Source of the DNA: an uncultured virus (IMG/VR IMGVR_UViG_3300046536_000804)
Taxonomy: Duplodnaviria; Heunggongvirae; Uroviricota; Caudoviricetes
Virus record (IMG/VR): IMGVR_UViG_3300046536_000804
Strand: one strand, 5' to 3'
Length of the DNA stretch: 35,470 nt
Position numbers and translations under genes: made by a program. The notes below the pieces were generated by a model that was not told where the DNA came from, searched no databases, and was given only the letters and a program-made list of their open reading frames with translations. Positions 1-9,351 of the stretch are shown here, piece after piece; the first letter of the stretch is position 1, and the number at the start of each line of letters is the position of its first letter.

Positions 1-18
1 GACGAAGAGGGTCGTTGG

Positions 19-228
19 TTAATGATCTCGTCCGTTCGGATAGTGGGGCTTCTCCTTGAACTTTGCAGTGCTATCCGACGGGACGACACGGTAGGAAGTG
101 CGAGACCCGCGAACGCCTTTGCGTTGCGAGTCTCGCAGCCGTTTTGCATAGCCGAGAGCTTTCGCTCGTTCACCAGTAAAGGCGACGTGCTCTTTCCCTC
201 GGCTGGTTTTGATGACATCGTAGAGCAC
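19..228 (-). CDS. hypothetical basic protein
   Basis: 69-aa ORF with GGAG SD; stop followed by a partial pseudoknot element at 1-13. Confidence 0.6.
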   Translation of the reverse strand: MLYDVIKTSRGKEHVAFTGERAKALGYAKRLRDSQRKGVRGSRTSYRVVPSDSTAKFKEKPHYPNGRDH

Positions 229-240
229 GAGTCTCCTCAG

Positions 241-690
241 TTACGCAGCCTTGGTCGTGGCGGCCGTGGCCTCGATCTCCATTTCCACCAGATCCAGGTA
301 TTGTTTCATGTTCTCGAGGCCACCCACGCGGGTGACCATATCGCGGACCTCGAAGAACGTTACCACCTCGTGGAGCCGTAGCGGGGCTATCTTCTTGTCC
401 TGAGGGGCGGGGTCGGCCTGAATGGCTGCAGGCATGTGCTTGCCATTGCTGGCGGCGCCGTTGGCTGGCGTGGTCGCTGCGGTCTTCTTCGAAGTCGCCT
501 TCTTCTTGGCTCTGACCGCCCTGGTATTGTAGACCAGGCCGGCGCTGGTCTCCAGGCCGGTCAAGCGTTCTGTTTCGTCGGCAACGGCCTTCGCCGCTGC
601 GTCATTAACGCGATCGAGGACCTCGTTAATTACGGCCGTACGGGACAGGCCGATAACGTCTTTGCTGGTCAAGTTCGTCAGGTGTGCCAT
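241..690 (-). CDS. hypothetical protein with Lys/Ala-rich linker
   Basis: start re-assigned to MAHLT (AAGGAG SD upstream) within ORF 241..894. Confidence 0.7.
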   Translation of the reverse strand: MAHLTNLTSKDVIGLSRTAVINEVLDRVNDAAAKAVADETERLTGLETSAGLVYNTRAVRAKKKATSKKTAATTPANGAASNGKHMPAAIQADPAPQDKKIAPLRLHEVVTFFEVRDMVTRVGGLENMKQYLDLVEMEIEATAATTKAA

Positions 691-751
691 CTGAAATTCT
701 CCTTCGAGTAATGATGTTGGGGATAGGGCGAGACAGAAAACGTTTTGATTG

Positions 752-1195
752 TTACTTCTTCTTTTCGACCGGTGCCGGACGACTGAATCGCCCGGCTTCG
801 AGAATGGGCAGGCCGCCTTCCGTCGGCACGTAGATGATTTCACGACCAGTGTTTTCACTGATCCCATGGATCCACAAATACAACAAGTATTCATGGTTGT
901 CCTTCAGGCCCTCGCCGATGATCCGATTGGCTTCGGCGACGCCTTTGGCACGTTCAATCTCCGCCGCGGCAAGATCCTTGGCGGCTTCACGCTTGGCATG
1001 AGCTTCCTGCATCATGATCTGCTTGCTGCTCTCAGCCTCCTTGAGCTTGGCCATGCCGGCCATCTCTTGCTGATAGACGTGGTAGTGCGGACAGCCCCAC
1101 ATCGGCAGGACGACCATCCCGATTAGAGCGGCCGGGATAATGAGCATGAGGCAACCGATCAGGCCGACCGAAATCTTATCGTCAGAGCTGGACAT
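752..1195 (-). CDS. membrane protein, SPFH/prohibitin-related phage type
   Basis: N-terminal TM helix, coiled coil AEIERAKGVAEANRIIG, EYLLYLWI and C-terminal IIYVPTEGGLPILEAGR. Confidence 0.7.
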   Translation of the reverse strand: MSSSDDKISVGLIGCLMLIIPAALIGMVVLPMWGCPHYHVYQQEMAGMAKLKEAESSKQIMMQEAHAKREAAKDLAAAEIERAKGVAEANRIIGEGLKDNHEYLLYLWIHGISENTGREIIYVPTEGGLPILEAGRFSRPAPVEKKK

Positions 1196-1457
1196 TCAAA
1201 TCTCCCTCAGGTTGTTGTAAAGATCGAAGCACGCCGTCACAACCGATGTGAACGGCATCGTGGACGCAAGGGTGTTCGTCCCATGGACAAAGACAGTCCG
1301 GACAAGGTGCAGAACTGAGACAAGTCAGGCCCACCGGCAGCTTGCCGTGGTCAATCAGGTTGCCCAGATTGGCCACCAGCGCACGCAGTTGATGGGTAAA
1401 GTTTGATAGCTCAATGTGCGGCATACCTTGGAGACATCGCATGGGACGGTCCCTCAC
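1182..1457 (-). CDS. hypothetical protein (Cys/His-rich)
   Basis: ORF coupled to neighbours by overlap. Confidence 0.45.
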   Translation of the reverse strand: MRDRPMRCLQGMPHIELSNFTHQLRALVANLGNLIDHGKLPVGLTCLSSAPCPDCLCPWDEHPCVHDAVHIGCDGVLRSLQQPEGDLNVQL

Positions 1458-1807
1458 TTGGTGACATCAAGAAACGTGATCTGATAGAGATCGAGCGAGC
1501 AATAATCTACCCTACCGTCATCGGTCTCGACTAGGGCATAAGTTGTCGAAGAGTTATATCGCCTGATCCAGGCGTGCCAGTAACAATCAAACGCCTGCTG
1601 ATTACCACTGACATGGCATCGCCGCCGACCGGTGACGGCTGACACCAGCGGCGGTGCTGGCGGAGCGGCCAGCATCTCGCGGTAACGTTGAAGCATACGG
1701 ATGAGCCGAGGTTGCGGCAGAGGGTCATTGCTGACCATCACAAGCATCTGATTGACCTCTTCGAGCAGATGCTCTCGTTCAGTGACATCTTCCATGTCTG
1801 GTCTCAT
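1454..1807 (-). CDS. hypothetical protein
   Basis: start re-assigned to MRPDMED (ATGA overlap with upstream small ORF). Confidence 0.55.
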   Translation of the reverse strand: MRPDMEDVTEREHLLEEVNQMLVMVSNDPLPQPRLIRMLQRYREMLAAPPAPPLVSAVTGRRRCHVSGNQQAFDCYWHAWIRRYNSSTTYALVETDDGRVDYCSLDLYQITFLDVTK

Positions 1808-1968
1808 TTCATTGCAAGGGGTGAAAAAAGCAGCAGCCAGAAAATAAAGCCAGCAAGAGGGAAGAACGAAATGCCGAAACCCCAGCAGAACCCCTTCAGC
1901 CACCCGTAGTTGAAGCCGTTGATGTGGGCCAGCACTTCATCGCTGGTTGCGTACTGATAGCGTTTCAC
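1804..1968 (-). CDS. small membrane protein (54 aa, not in ORF track)
   Basis: GTG start with AAGGAG SD overlapping stop of 1965..2243; hydrophobic C-terminus GISFFPLAGFIFWLLLF. Confidence 0.5.
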   Translation of the reverse strand: MKRYQYATSDEVLAHINGFNYGWLKGFCWGFGISFFPLAGFIFWLLLFSPLAMK

Positions 1969-2243
1969 GGTTTCTCCTTTGGGTGCAGAGTTTTGTTGTG
2001 GTAGGTACCATCAGGGTTCAAGCCGATACGAGCGAGGACCGTGTTGCGCAACAGTTTCGCAGCAGATACCTGAAACGGAGTATCGAACGCCGGCCCGTCT
2101 GCGGCCAGCTTTGCCAAGACCTGACTATCGAAGTCGTACTTCGTGAGCAGGACCAAGAGCTCTTTCCGCTGCTTTCGCAGTTCGCGCACCAGACGCTGGG
2201 CGCTGACCAGACTCTTCGCCTTGTACAGTTTCTCTTGTGCCAT
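1965..2243 (-). CDS. hypothetical protein
   Basis: ORF with AAGGAG SD. Confidence 0.6.
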   Translation of the reverse strand: MAQEKLYKAKSLVSAQRLVRELRKQRKELLVLLTKYDFDSQVLAKLAADGPAFDTPFQVSAAKLLRNTVLARIGLNPDGTYHNKTLHPKEKP

Positions 2244-2658
2244 AAGACTCCTTCGGATTAAGCGGCACGAGCCACATCAGGTGCGACGCCTCGAGCAGAA
2301 ACGTCCCGTCGGGATGAGGATCGTGCAAGTATTCCCACTGCACACCGCCATAGATCGTTCTGCCGATCACGGCGTGCAATCGAGTTGGGTGTCGATTGGT
2401 CTTGCCGGTGACGATCAGCAGCATACCGACCGGCAACGGATAAAGACAGACGACCTCCGTATCGATTACCACCTCGACAGTGCCTAGATTCATGGGAGCC
2501 AACCATTCGTTGGTCAATTCACGCCAGTCATCGTGCTCCATCACGTGCGGAACCTGATCGATCTCAAGTTCAAGTAACGATGCGAGGCAAGCTGCAAAAC
2601 AGTTGCCTCGCATCGGGTTGTCCTCATCGGCAAGGATCGTTTGCGTGACGGGTTTCAT
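2125..2658 (-). CDS. conserved phage-type hypothetical protein (possible Cys-His peptidase fold)
   Basis: motifs QT...GNCFAACLASLLEL, HAVI, HDPHP. Confidence 0.6.
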   Translation of the reverse strand: MKPVTQTILADEDNPMRGNCFAACLASLLELEIDQVPHVMEHDDWRELTNEWLAPMNLGTVEVVIDTEVVCLYPLPVGMLLIVTGKTNRHPTRLHAVIGRTIYGGVQWEYLHDPHPDGTFLLEASHLMWLVPLNPKESYGTRETVQGEESGQRPASGARTAKAAERALGPAHEVRLR

Positions 2659-3017
2659 GGTTCGGCATCTCCGTCGTCCTCTGAATGCTCATACGACGGC
2701 ACCGACGCGATACCGAGACGTTGACAGAAGCAACTGAGGCACAGATAGATGCCAAGATCGCGGATGCGACCTTGGCTGGGGGTTCCATGATGCCCGCAAT
2801 CGTGACAGCGATGGAGCAACGAAGAGATCCAGTCCCACGCTTCCCGGCGAGTGCTGCCGAGATTAGTTATCGGCCGGTGACCGATCCACTCATAAACCGG
2901 GTGCGGTTTGTAGATCCAGTATTCACCGTAGAAGAGTATCACGAACAGGTCTTCGCGGTTCTTGCGGAGCTTCCTGGTCATCCGCCGTGTGGTCCGCGTG
3001 ACGCGAATAGGTTTCAT
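2655..3017 (-). CDS. hypothetical protein with CxxC pairs
   Basis: start MKPIRV; CHDC and CLSC. Confidence 0.5.
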   Translation of the reverse strand: MKPIRVTRTTRRMTRKLRKNREDLFVILFYGEYWIYKPHPVYEWIGHRPITNLGSTRREAWDWISSLLHRCHDCGHHGTPSQGRIRDLGIYLCLSCFCQRLGIASVPSYEHSEDDGDAEP

Positions 3018-3280
3018 GAACAGATCTCCTGGTAAGCAACCGGCTTCAACCTGTACTCCGCTGCAATCCAGGCCAGCCACTCTTCGTTACTCACCTTGCG
3101 ATACCTCGGCATGCCTTTCTTGCGAATCTTTTGATAGGCAGCATTGAGCGTGACGACATGCTTGTAGAAGTCTCTCCTCGCTGCCTCAAGATCGCAACCA
3201 GCCGGTCCTCGCAAAACTGCGACAGTGACCTCCTGATAGGAGTCGTAATCGCCTTCGCCAACGCGGAAGATGTAAATCAC
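3014..3280 (-). CDS. hypothetical protein
   Basis: GTGA/ATGA-coupled ORF. Confidence 0.55.
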   Translation of the reverse strand: MIYIFRVGEGDYDSYQEVTVAVLRGPAGCDLEAARRDFYKHVVTLNAAYQKIRKKGMPRYRKVSNEEWLAWIAAEYRLKPVAYQEICS

Positions 3281-3639
3281 GGCGCCGATCCTTTCTTATT
3301 CCACGGCACCGCTGCCGCGGGGATGCCCTGGATGACCGCGTCCCAGTCACCTTCAAAGCGGAAGCCGCGATCGTCAACAACGACGATGTGCGGCGGCTTG
3401 TCGTTCGTCACGCTGTCGACCACGATGCCGTGGAGTTGCAGCCACTGTTCGATCGCAAAAATGCCACCCGGTTGGTGGCAACGGCTCGACACGATCACAA
3501 CGGTGTACGTTTCTCGCAACTTGGCGATGGCCTCCTTGGCGCCTCGAGTCGGCCGGTCCGGGATGACATCGGCTCCGCACCAACCGGATTCGTACGAGTG
3601 CACCACGCCATCGAAGTCGAGAACGATTGTTTGCTTCAC
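3277..3639 (-). CDS. HAD-superfamily phosphatase-like protein
   Basis: motif I IVLDFDGV, motif II SSR, KP...VVDDR motif III/IV. Confidence 0.8.
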   Translation of the reverse strand: MKQTIVLDFDGVVHSYESGWCGADVIPDRPTRGAKEAIAKLRETYTVVIVSSRCHQPGGIFAIEQWLQLHGIVVDSVTNDKPPHIVVVDDRGFRFEGDWDAVIQGIPAAAVPWNKKGSAP

Positions 3640-3654
3640 AGATACTCCTTTGGG

Positions 3655-3930
3655 TTAGTTCAGATCGGTCGGACGGTAACACTGTCGGACGCTGCCTCCT
3701 CCCTCAGCCGACAATTTTTTGATCAACTGATCGCAGTACGATCGAATCGTTTCTTGCCACCTTGCAAATAGCAGCGGCGTGTCCACCTGTAATCCAGTGC
3801 AGATGGTACCGAGAAGGTAGTCCTCCGAGTCGCCGCCCGCAGCCTCGGCATGCAGAATGGCTTCTATGTAGTTGCCGGTTTCGGGATCGCCGACCGGTAC
3901 GAAGGACAGAGTGAACTTGACGTCGACCAT
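3655..3930 (-). CDS. hypothetical protein, 'LGT...W' paralog family
   Basis: pattern shared with 3945, 4912 and 31225 ORFs. Confidence 0.6.
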   Translation of the reverse strand: MVDVKFTLSFVPVGDPETGNYIEAILHAEAAGGDSEDYLLGTICTGLQVDTPLLFARWQETIRSYCDQLIKKLSAEGGGSVRQCYRPTDLN

Positions 3931-3944
3931 TCTAGCTCCTCGAG

Positions 3945-4223
3945 TTAGTTGTCTTCTGCGGGTGTCGACCGCATCAAGATCTTACCGCCAGTCTGCTTGA
4001 GTAGCTGCTGAATTTCGTCTTCAGCGTAGGCTCGCATCGCCTTACGCCACACTGCCAAGGCGTGCGGGCTTTCATCGGTGATGGCCGACGGCACGGTACC
4101 GAGAATCTTAAACCTAACACCGTGAACGGGATCCGTCAGCTTCACGGTGGCAACTAGCCACTGACCGGTCTCTTCGACGGTGATCAAGACCTCGACTTTC
4201 GCTGTGGTCATTTCCTCAGCCAT
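3945..4223 (-). CDS. hypothetical protein, 'LGT...W' paralog family
   Basis: start MAEEMTT with AGGAG SD. Confidence 0.6.
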   Translation of the reverse strand: MAEEMTTAKVEVLITVEETGQWLVATVKLTDPVHGVRFKILGTVPSAITDESPHALAVWRKAMRAYAEDEIQQLLKQTGGKILMRSTPAEDN

Positions 4224-4261
4224 GGTCACTCCTGTGTAATGGTTGTCGATACCCGGATATC

Positions 4262-4885
4262 CTAGGCCGAACCAGCCACGGGAGGAGACCCGGCTTCCCA
4301 CTCCAGAACTTCGCGGATCAGCCCTTTGTCTGAGTTGCCGATCTCGCAGATGGCGCCAGCCTCAACGCTGGTCTTGGTACGCACGAAAAAGGTCTCGCCG
4401 TCTGCGTTAACGGCAATCACCGCCCACGGCTTCAGACCGACCGTGTCCATCTTGACCCTGCGAAAGGTGAACCGCATGAACGTGATGTTGTCTGAGGATA
4501 GAGTCAGTTCTTGCTCGACCGTCTGATCCCGGCAGAACTTGCACCGGGTAAAGTGCGTCGCCAGTGCTTCCGGGCTGTAAGCGTCGCCACACCCTGGGCA
4601 CCGGTAGTCGCCCAACTTGAGCTTCCTGGATGCCGCCTTGTTCTTGTCCACCTCGAACTCCCTTTTTGCGTCCTGCCGGCCCGTGGTCCGGTCCTGACTG
4701 GTGGCAGTCTCGAGCAGAGTGCCACCGCACTTGTTGCACCGCGGGCGGGCAGCTCGTGAGCATTCCCGCTTGGTGCGGTAAGTGAGCTTGTCGCATTCGC
4801 GACAACGAAAGGAGAGCAGGTTCTCCTTTACCATCTTGACCGTGTGCGTTTTGTTACCACCGTGATCACTGATTCTCGGCGCCAT
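4262..4885 (-). CDS. multi zinc-ribbon protein
   Basis: CREC, CNKC, CPGC, CKFC. Confidence 0.65.
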   Translation of the reverse strand: MAPRISDHGGNKTHTVKMVKENLLSFRCRECDKLTYRTKRECSRAARPRCNKCGGTLLETATSQDRTTGRQDAKREFEVDKNKAASRKLKLGDYRCPGCGDAYSPEALATHFTRCKFCRDQTVEQELTLSSDNITFMRFTFRRVKMDTVGLKPWAVIAVNADGETFFVRTKTSVEAGAICEIGNSDKGLIREVLEWEAGSPPVAGSA

Positions 4886-4911
4886 GATCGTTCCTCTGAA
4901 ACAAGCTGAGG

Positions 4912-5211
4912 TTAGTTATCCGCCGTCTTGACGGGATTGACAATTAGCTTGGGAGCACCAGGGATACCGGTGTCGACAATCGCCATCTTGGTGTCGGCAA
5001 CGGAAAGCGCAAGAAGCCGATGAAAGTAGTTCTTCATCACCGCGGTCCACTCGTCCAGGATATCGTCGTGATACGCACCGCCAAGGCTTAGCGTACCGAG
5101 TACCAGCAACGGTTTGGCGAGCTCGCCATTTTTGTCCAGCATCGCGAGGTTGGCGACAATTTCCTCTTCGCCCCTGGTAATGGCGAAGGCGATCTTCATG
5201 TCGGAATTCAC
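4912..5211 (-). CDS. hypothetical protein, 'LGT...W' paralog family
   Basis: LVLGTL...EWTAVMKNY. Confidence 0.6.
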   Translation of the reverse strand: MNSDMKIAFAITRGEEEIVANLAMLDKNGELAKPLLVLGTLSLGGAYHDDILDEWTAVMKNYFHRLLALSVADTKMAIVDTGIPGAPKLIVNPVKTADN

Positions 5212-5648
5212 GGAGTCTCCTTTTCAACAGTTGGGTTGTTCATCTCCTTGATCGCGATGATCACGTTGTGAAAGTTTTCGGCGTCGGTGAAGGCGGGGCG
5301 ATCGCCATCCCACTTCGGGCTGCACTGACTTTCCAAGAATTTCTGAATCCGTTGATAGTCAACAACTTCGGACATGGCGTACCAGAAGAGGACGATCCGG
5401 TCGTTGATCTTGTCCCACCGCAGGGATACCGCGATGGGTCGTCCGTCGAGTTCACCGACTGTGGCAGAGTACGAGGCAACCCAGTCCCAAGCGAGAGGCC
5501 CGTTGGTACCGTTGTAGCGTTCCCAGAGGGCCTGGTGCTCAAAGCTGTTCGCTTCGACCACGAACATAGTCTGCTCGAAGCGACGTTTCGCACAGATGTT
5601 CACGCTGGCTCCTTTGGTCGTTTGAAGATTAACCGCCATATAGCCCAC
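5208..5648 (-). CDS. hypothetical phage-type protein
   Basis: ORF with VVEANSFE and TDAENFHN motifs; true start may be slightly downstream. Confidence 0.6.
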   Translation of the reverse strand: MGYMAVNLQTTKGASVNICAKRRFEQTMFVVEANSFEHQALWERYNGTNGPLAWDWVASYSATVGELDGRPIAVSLRWDKINDRIVLFWYAMSEVVDYQRIQKFLESQCSPKWDGDRPAFTDAENFHNVIIAIKEMNNPTVEKETP

Positions 5649-5971
5649 TTATCATCAGTTGCCGAACGATAGTCGGTGGAGACTAGCTCCCACGAGTCGA
5701 GGCTGCACCTGTCGAGTGCCTCTTGAAGAAGTCTATCCGGGTCAAACTCGTAAGGAGGCACTGCTACTTTGACCAGATTGTATTCCCACACATTAACCTC
5801 CTTCACCGCCCAGGTCGTAGAAGAGACCAAGGGCATCAGGTTCGAGATTCTCATCGCTGAAGTAGTGATCAGCGCACTGATCTGAGCAAAAGCTCAGACC
5901 TTGACGGTCAACGTGTTCGCCGAGCGACGGAACGATGTCGCCGGCGCAGTTGTTGCAAAGAGTCAGGTTGT

Positions 5972-6202
5972 TCATTGGTTTATAAGTCCCTCGATGACCA
6001 GGTCCAGCACTTGCTCCGAGGCCTTCCAGTCGTTGTAGGCCTTGAGCAGTGCAGGACACTTGTTGCAAGCCTCCTCGAAATAATCCGTTCGAGATGGATC
6101 TCCTTTGTCTCGCCACGCCCAGGAGACTGCGTGTGCTAATTGGTGGGACAGGATTCGACCGTCGTCGGTTCCGTCGTTTTCGGTGTCGAGTTGGTTGGCC
6201 AC
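5972..6202 (-). CDS. hypothetical protein
   Basis: ORF with GGAGG SD. Confidence 0.5.
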   Translation of the reverse strand: MANQLDTENDGTDDGRILSHQLAHAVSWAWRDKGDPSRTDYFEEACNKCPALLKAYNDWKASEQVLDLVIEGLINQ

Positions 6203-6576
6203 GGGTTACCCTCCACGATTGTTGCAATACCTGGAAAGGCGATGTCAGCCTTATGAACCGCATCGGCCCAAGATTCATGCCTATCTTGTCGTTGTTGTAC
6301 GACAGAGCACCACGACAAGGCGGGCGAGGGCGGCACGTCGATCCGACTCTCGATGAGGCCGCTGTCGATGATAACCCCGACAATTGAAGTAGTGCCCGTG
6401 ACAGAGTGCCCGAGGGCGTTGAGCGCCTGACCGAAGATGCACCCGACGGAACCGTTGTCGCAGCTACCTTTGTCGTAACTACACCGGGTTTCCGTCGGAT
6501 CCTTCTTGTAGTGGTTGTTGGGATGAGCTGCGGCCAGCTTCCTGACGGCCAGGATTAAGTCTCGGATGGTGGACAT
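6136..6576 (-). CDS. GSVGCIFGQ family paralog 1
   Basis: CSYDKGSCDNGSVGCIFGQAL...WCSVVQQRQD...W. Confidence 0.8.
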   Translation of the reverse strand: MSTIRDLILAVRKLAAAHPNNHYKKDPTETRCSYDKGSCDNGSVGCIFGQALNALGHSVTGTTSIVGVIIDSGLIESRIDVPPSPALSWCSVVQQRQDRHESWADAVHKADIAFPGIATIVEGNPWPTNSTPKTTEPTTVESCPTN

Positions 6577-6947
6577 GAAACGGTCTCCTTTTGATTTAAC
6601 GCGGCGACGGAAAAGATCTTCCCGGCGTCTGCATACTCGACAGCTCGTGCCCAGGTGAACCCCTCGTCCTGCCAGTCTTGAACGTAGCTGCACCATAAGC
6701 CGGCAGGTCGGTCCCTTGCCAGGCCCAACTGCTCACGGTTGAACAAGATGCTGTTGATGGTGTAGGTACCGCTCGCAGGGTGACCAAGACGAGCCAACGC
6801 TTGACCGAAGATGCACCCGACTGATCCGTCGGTGCACACGCCGGCATCGTAACAACACTGCTTACCACCTGGTCTCGTGTACGTGTTGTCTGGCTTCTCG
6901 GCGGCCAGCTTGCGTACCTCTGCAATCACATCGTTGACGGTTATCAC
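6555..6947 (-). CDS. GSVGCIFGQ family paralog 2
   Basis: CYDAGVCTDGSVGCIFGQAL...WCSYVQDWQD. Confidence 0.85.
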   Translation of the reverse strand: MITVNDVIAEVRKLAAEKPDNTYTRPGGKQCCYDAGVCTDGSVGCIFGQALARLGHPASGTYTINSILFNREQLGLARDRPAGLWCSYVQDWQDEGFTWARAVEYADAGKIFSVAALNQKETVSCPPSET

Positions 6948-7315
6948 GTAACGGTCTCCGTAGTAGAAGGAAGAGGGTAAAGACGATTTGCACTCTCGAC
7001 TGCCTTACCCCATGACAGATTTGCATCCTGATACTGCTGCACCAGTTTGCACCACTCCACTTCATTGTCCAGATCGATCGTCAGTGGTTCGAACCAACGA
7101 GAATCGCACAGCGCCTGTGTAATGCTGCCACAGCCGGTAATTGGCCGACCTAGACGTTGCAACGCTTGACCGAAGATGCAGCCAACTGAGCCGTCTGTGC
7201 ACTGCCCCTTGTCGTAACAGCATCCACCCCACGCGTCCGTCGGGACGTAGCAGTTGTCCGGCTTCTCGGCGGCCAGCTTTCTGACTTCTGCAATCACGTT
7301 ATGGACGGTTATCAC
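6944..7315 (-). CDS. GSVGCIFGQ family paralog 3
   Basis: CYDKGQCTDGSVGCIFGQAL...WCKLVQQYQD. Confidence 0.85.
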   Translation of the reverse strand: MITVHNVIAEVRKLAAEKPDNCYVPTDAWGGCCYDKGQCTDGSVGCIFGQALQRLGRPITGCGSITQALCDSRWFEPLTIDLDNEVEWCKLVQQYQDANLSWGKAVESANRLYPLPSTTETVT

Positions 7316-7662
7316 GGTACGATCTCCTTCAAATCGGGGTAATCTTCATCAGCGCAGCTCACCGCCTCACCCCAGGTTTTTGAGGCGTCCTGGGCAGTCT
7401 GCACCGCTTGACACCAGTCGCGAGTCAGCCGGTCTGCATCAGAGAACAGTTCGTTACTGACCACGTAGATCTCGCGAGATCCGGTCACAAGGATGTCGAG
7501 ACCAACCAACGCTTGACCGAAGATGCAGCCAACTGAGCCGTCGGTACACCACCCTTTGTCGTAAAAGCACTGCTTGCCGAGTAGCGACGGCTGGTAGATG
7601 TTATCGGGATGGGCCTTGGCTAGGTTCCTCACTGCGACGATCAGGTCTCGGATGGTTGGCAT
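7312..7662 (-). CDS. GSVGCIFGQ family paralog 4
   Basis: start MPTIRD; CFYDKGWCTDGSVGCIFGQAL...WCQAVQTAQD. Confidence 0.85.
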   Translation of the reverse strand: MPTIRDLIVAVRNLAKAHPDNIYQPSLLGKQCFYDKGWCTDGSVGCIFGQALVGLDILVTGSREIYVVSNELFSDADRLTRDWCQAVQTAQDASKTWGEAVSCADEDYPDLKEIVP

Positions 7663-8021
7663 GTTGCCTCCTTTGGCAGCTCTTGAACAATAGGCCACTT
7701 GGTATTGGCCGATATAATGGCATCACCCCAGGAAAGACCGCCATCTTGAACATTTTGCACTTCACGGCACCAGGCGAGAATGACTAAACAATTACCAACA
7801 AAACGACTCCTTGCAATGATGTCGATTGAAGCGGTCCCGGTTACAGGATAGCCAAGGTTATTGAGCGCCTGCCCGAAGATGCAACCGACCGAGCCGTCGG
7901 TACACTCACCTTTTTCGTAGAAACATCCGCAAGACGTGCTCGGTTGTCGATAGACAGTATCGGGACGTTCGGCAGCTATCCGCCTGACCTCGGCAATCAA
8001 CTCTTTCACGTGCCGCTGCAT
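7641..8021 (-). CDS. GSVGCIFGQ family paralog 5
   Basis: CFYEKGECTDGSVGCIFGQAL...WCREVQNVQD. Confidence 0.85.
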   Translation of the reverse strand: MQRHVKELIAEVRRIAAERPDTVYRQPSTSCGCFYEKGECTDGSVGCIFGQALNNLGYPVTGTASIDIIARSRFVGNCLVILAWCREVQNVQDGGLSWGDAIISANTKWPIVQELPKEATCQPSET

Positions 8022-8407
8022 GGTTCCTCCTTAGGTTCAAAAGGTATTTCCATGTCGCTACCAGTGAGGACTGGGCAACTCTTACTTGCGTGCGACACAG
8101 CTTCGTACCAGGCATAACCAGAATCCTGCAAACGCTGCACAGTTTGACACCAGACCAGTGCCCTGCAGTTGGCCTTGAGCGCACCATAATCAAAACCAAG
8201 AACCTGGGGGATGCCTTCTCCACCATAGCCGTGAGGTGGATGCCCAAGATTCTCCAACGCTTGGCCGAAGATGCAGCCGACCGAGCCGTCGGCGCATTCG
8301 CCAGCGTCGTATTCGCAATTCTTCGACCCTGGCGAGCGGTAGTAACGATTGTCCGGACTGTTGGCGGCCAGCCTTTTCACCTCATCGATCAGATCTCGCA
8401 ACTTCAT
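8006..8407 (-). CDS. GSVGCIFGQ family paralog 6
   Basis: start MKLRD with GGAGG SD; CEYDAGECADGSVGCIFGQAL. Confidence 0.85.
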   Translation of the reverse strand: MKLRDLIDEVKRLAANSPDNRYYRSPGSKNCEYDAGECADGSVGCIFGQALENLGHPPHGYGGEGIPQVLGFDYGALKANCRALVWCQTVQRLQDSGYAWYEAVSHASKSCPVLTGSDMEIPFEPKEEPCSGT

Positions 8408-8498
8408 ACGTTGGGCCTCCGTTATGCGCGGCACAGCCACGCGACCACGATGCTAAGAAAAAGCAACAGGGTGACGCCCCACATGATGTATTCCGGTT

Positions 8499-8732
8499 TC
8501 AAGGCTCGGTCTCCTGTTGCCACGGTTGCTTCATGTACTCGATCATTTCATTTTCTCGGCGTTCCTTTTCCTTCTGGATGCCGTCCTCGACGCCCCACTT
8601 GTAGTTCCGCGTTTGCACACGTTTGAGCGACTCGGAGTACAGGGCTCGCTCGTTGGTCAGAATGTGCAGAAGGACGGCGACAACGGCACACATGGCTACG
8701 AGCATCAGGCACATCAGACAGTTCGTTTTCAC
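8499..8732 (-). CDS. small single-TM protein (paralog of 8729..8962)
   Basis: TM helix plus ESLKRV...WG...YMKQPWQ.ETEP. Confidence 0.7.
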   Translation of the reverse strand: MKTNCLMCLMLVAMCAVVAVLLHILTNERALYSESLKRVQTRNYKWGVEDGIQKEKERRENEMIEYMKQPWQQETEP

Positions 8733-8962
8733 GGTTCGGTCTCCGGCTGCCACGGTTGCTTCATGTAGTCGAGCATCTCCTGCTCGCGACGATCTTTCTC
8801 ATGTTTGACGCCTTCGTCGAAGCCCCATTGCTTCGACCAGGTTCTCACACGCTTGAGAGACTCATGGTACCTGTCCCGCTCGACGTGTCTTATCGCCGTC
8901 AGTCCGGCCAAGCTGATGACCAAGAATATAACCACCACGCCCAAGAATCGCTCGTTACTCAT
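8729..8962 (-). CDS. small single-TM protein (paralog of 8499..8732)
   Basis: start MSNERF; same C-terminal motif. Confidence 0.7.
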   Translation of the reverse strand: MSNERFLGVVVIFLVISLAGLTAIRHVERDRYHESLKRVRTWSKQWGFDEGVKHEKDRREQEMLDYMKQPWQPETEP

Positions 8963-9351
8963 GCAACAGTCTCCTTCTTGCCGGTGGCATAACGAAGCAC
9001 AGCCGGCGTTATTTCTGGATGCGGATGTGAGCCACTGGCCCGCTTGACTGCATCGCCCCACTCCATGCCGCTGTCTTGATACTTTTGCACGTCCTGGCAC
9101 CAGTCCGACGCCTCGTCGAAGAGATCGAGGCCCATCATGCTCAGCATGTGAGCGATACCGCCGTCACCGCCGATCGGATGACCTAACCGAACTAACACCT
9201 GACCGAAGATGCAGCCGACCGAGCCGTCGGTGCACCGCCCCCTGTGGTATGAGCAGATCATCGCAACCCCAGGCGGTTTGTGGTACTTGTTCATCGGCTT
9301 CTCAGCCGCGAGCTTCTTGACCTCTTTGACGACATCACACATCTGCAACAT
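8959..9351 (-). CDS. GSVGCIFGQ family paralog 7
   Basis: CSYHRGRCTDGSVGCIFGQVL...WCQDVQKYQD. Confidence 0.85.
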   Translation of the reverse strand: MLQMCDVVKEVKKLAAEKPMNKYHKPPGVAMICSYHRGRCTDGSVGCIFGQVLVRLGHPIGGDGGIAHMLSMMGLDLFDEASDWCQDVQKYQDSGMEWGDAVKRASGSHPHPEITPAVLRYATGKKETVA

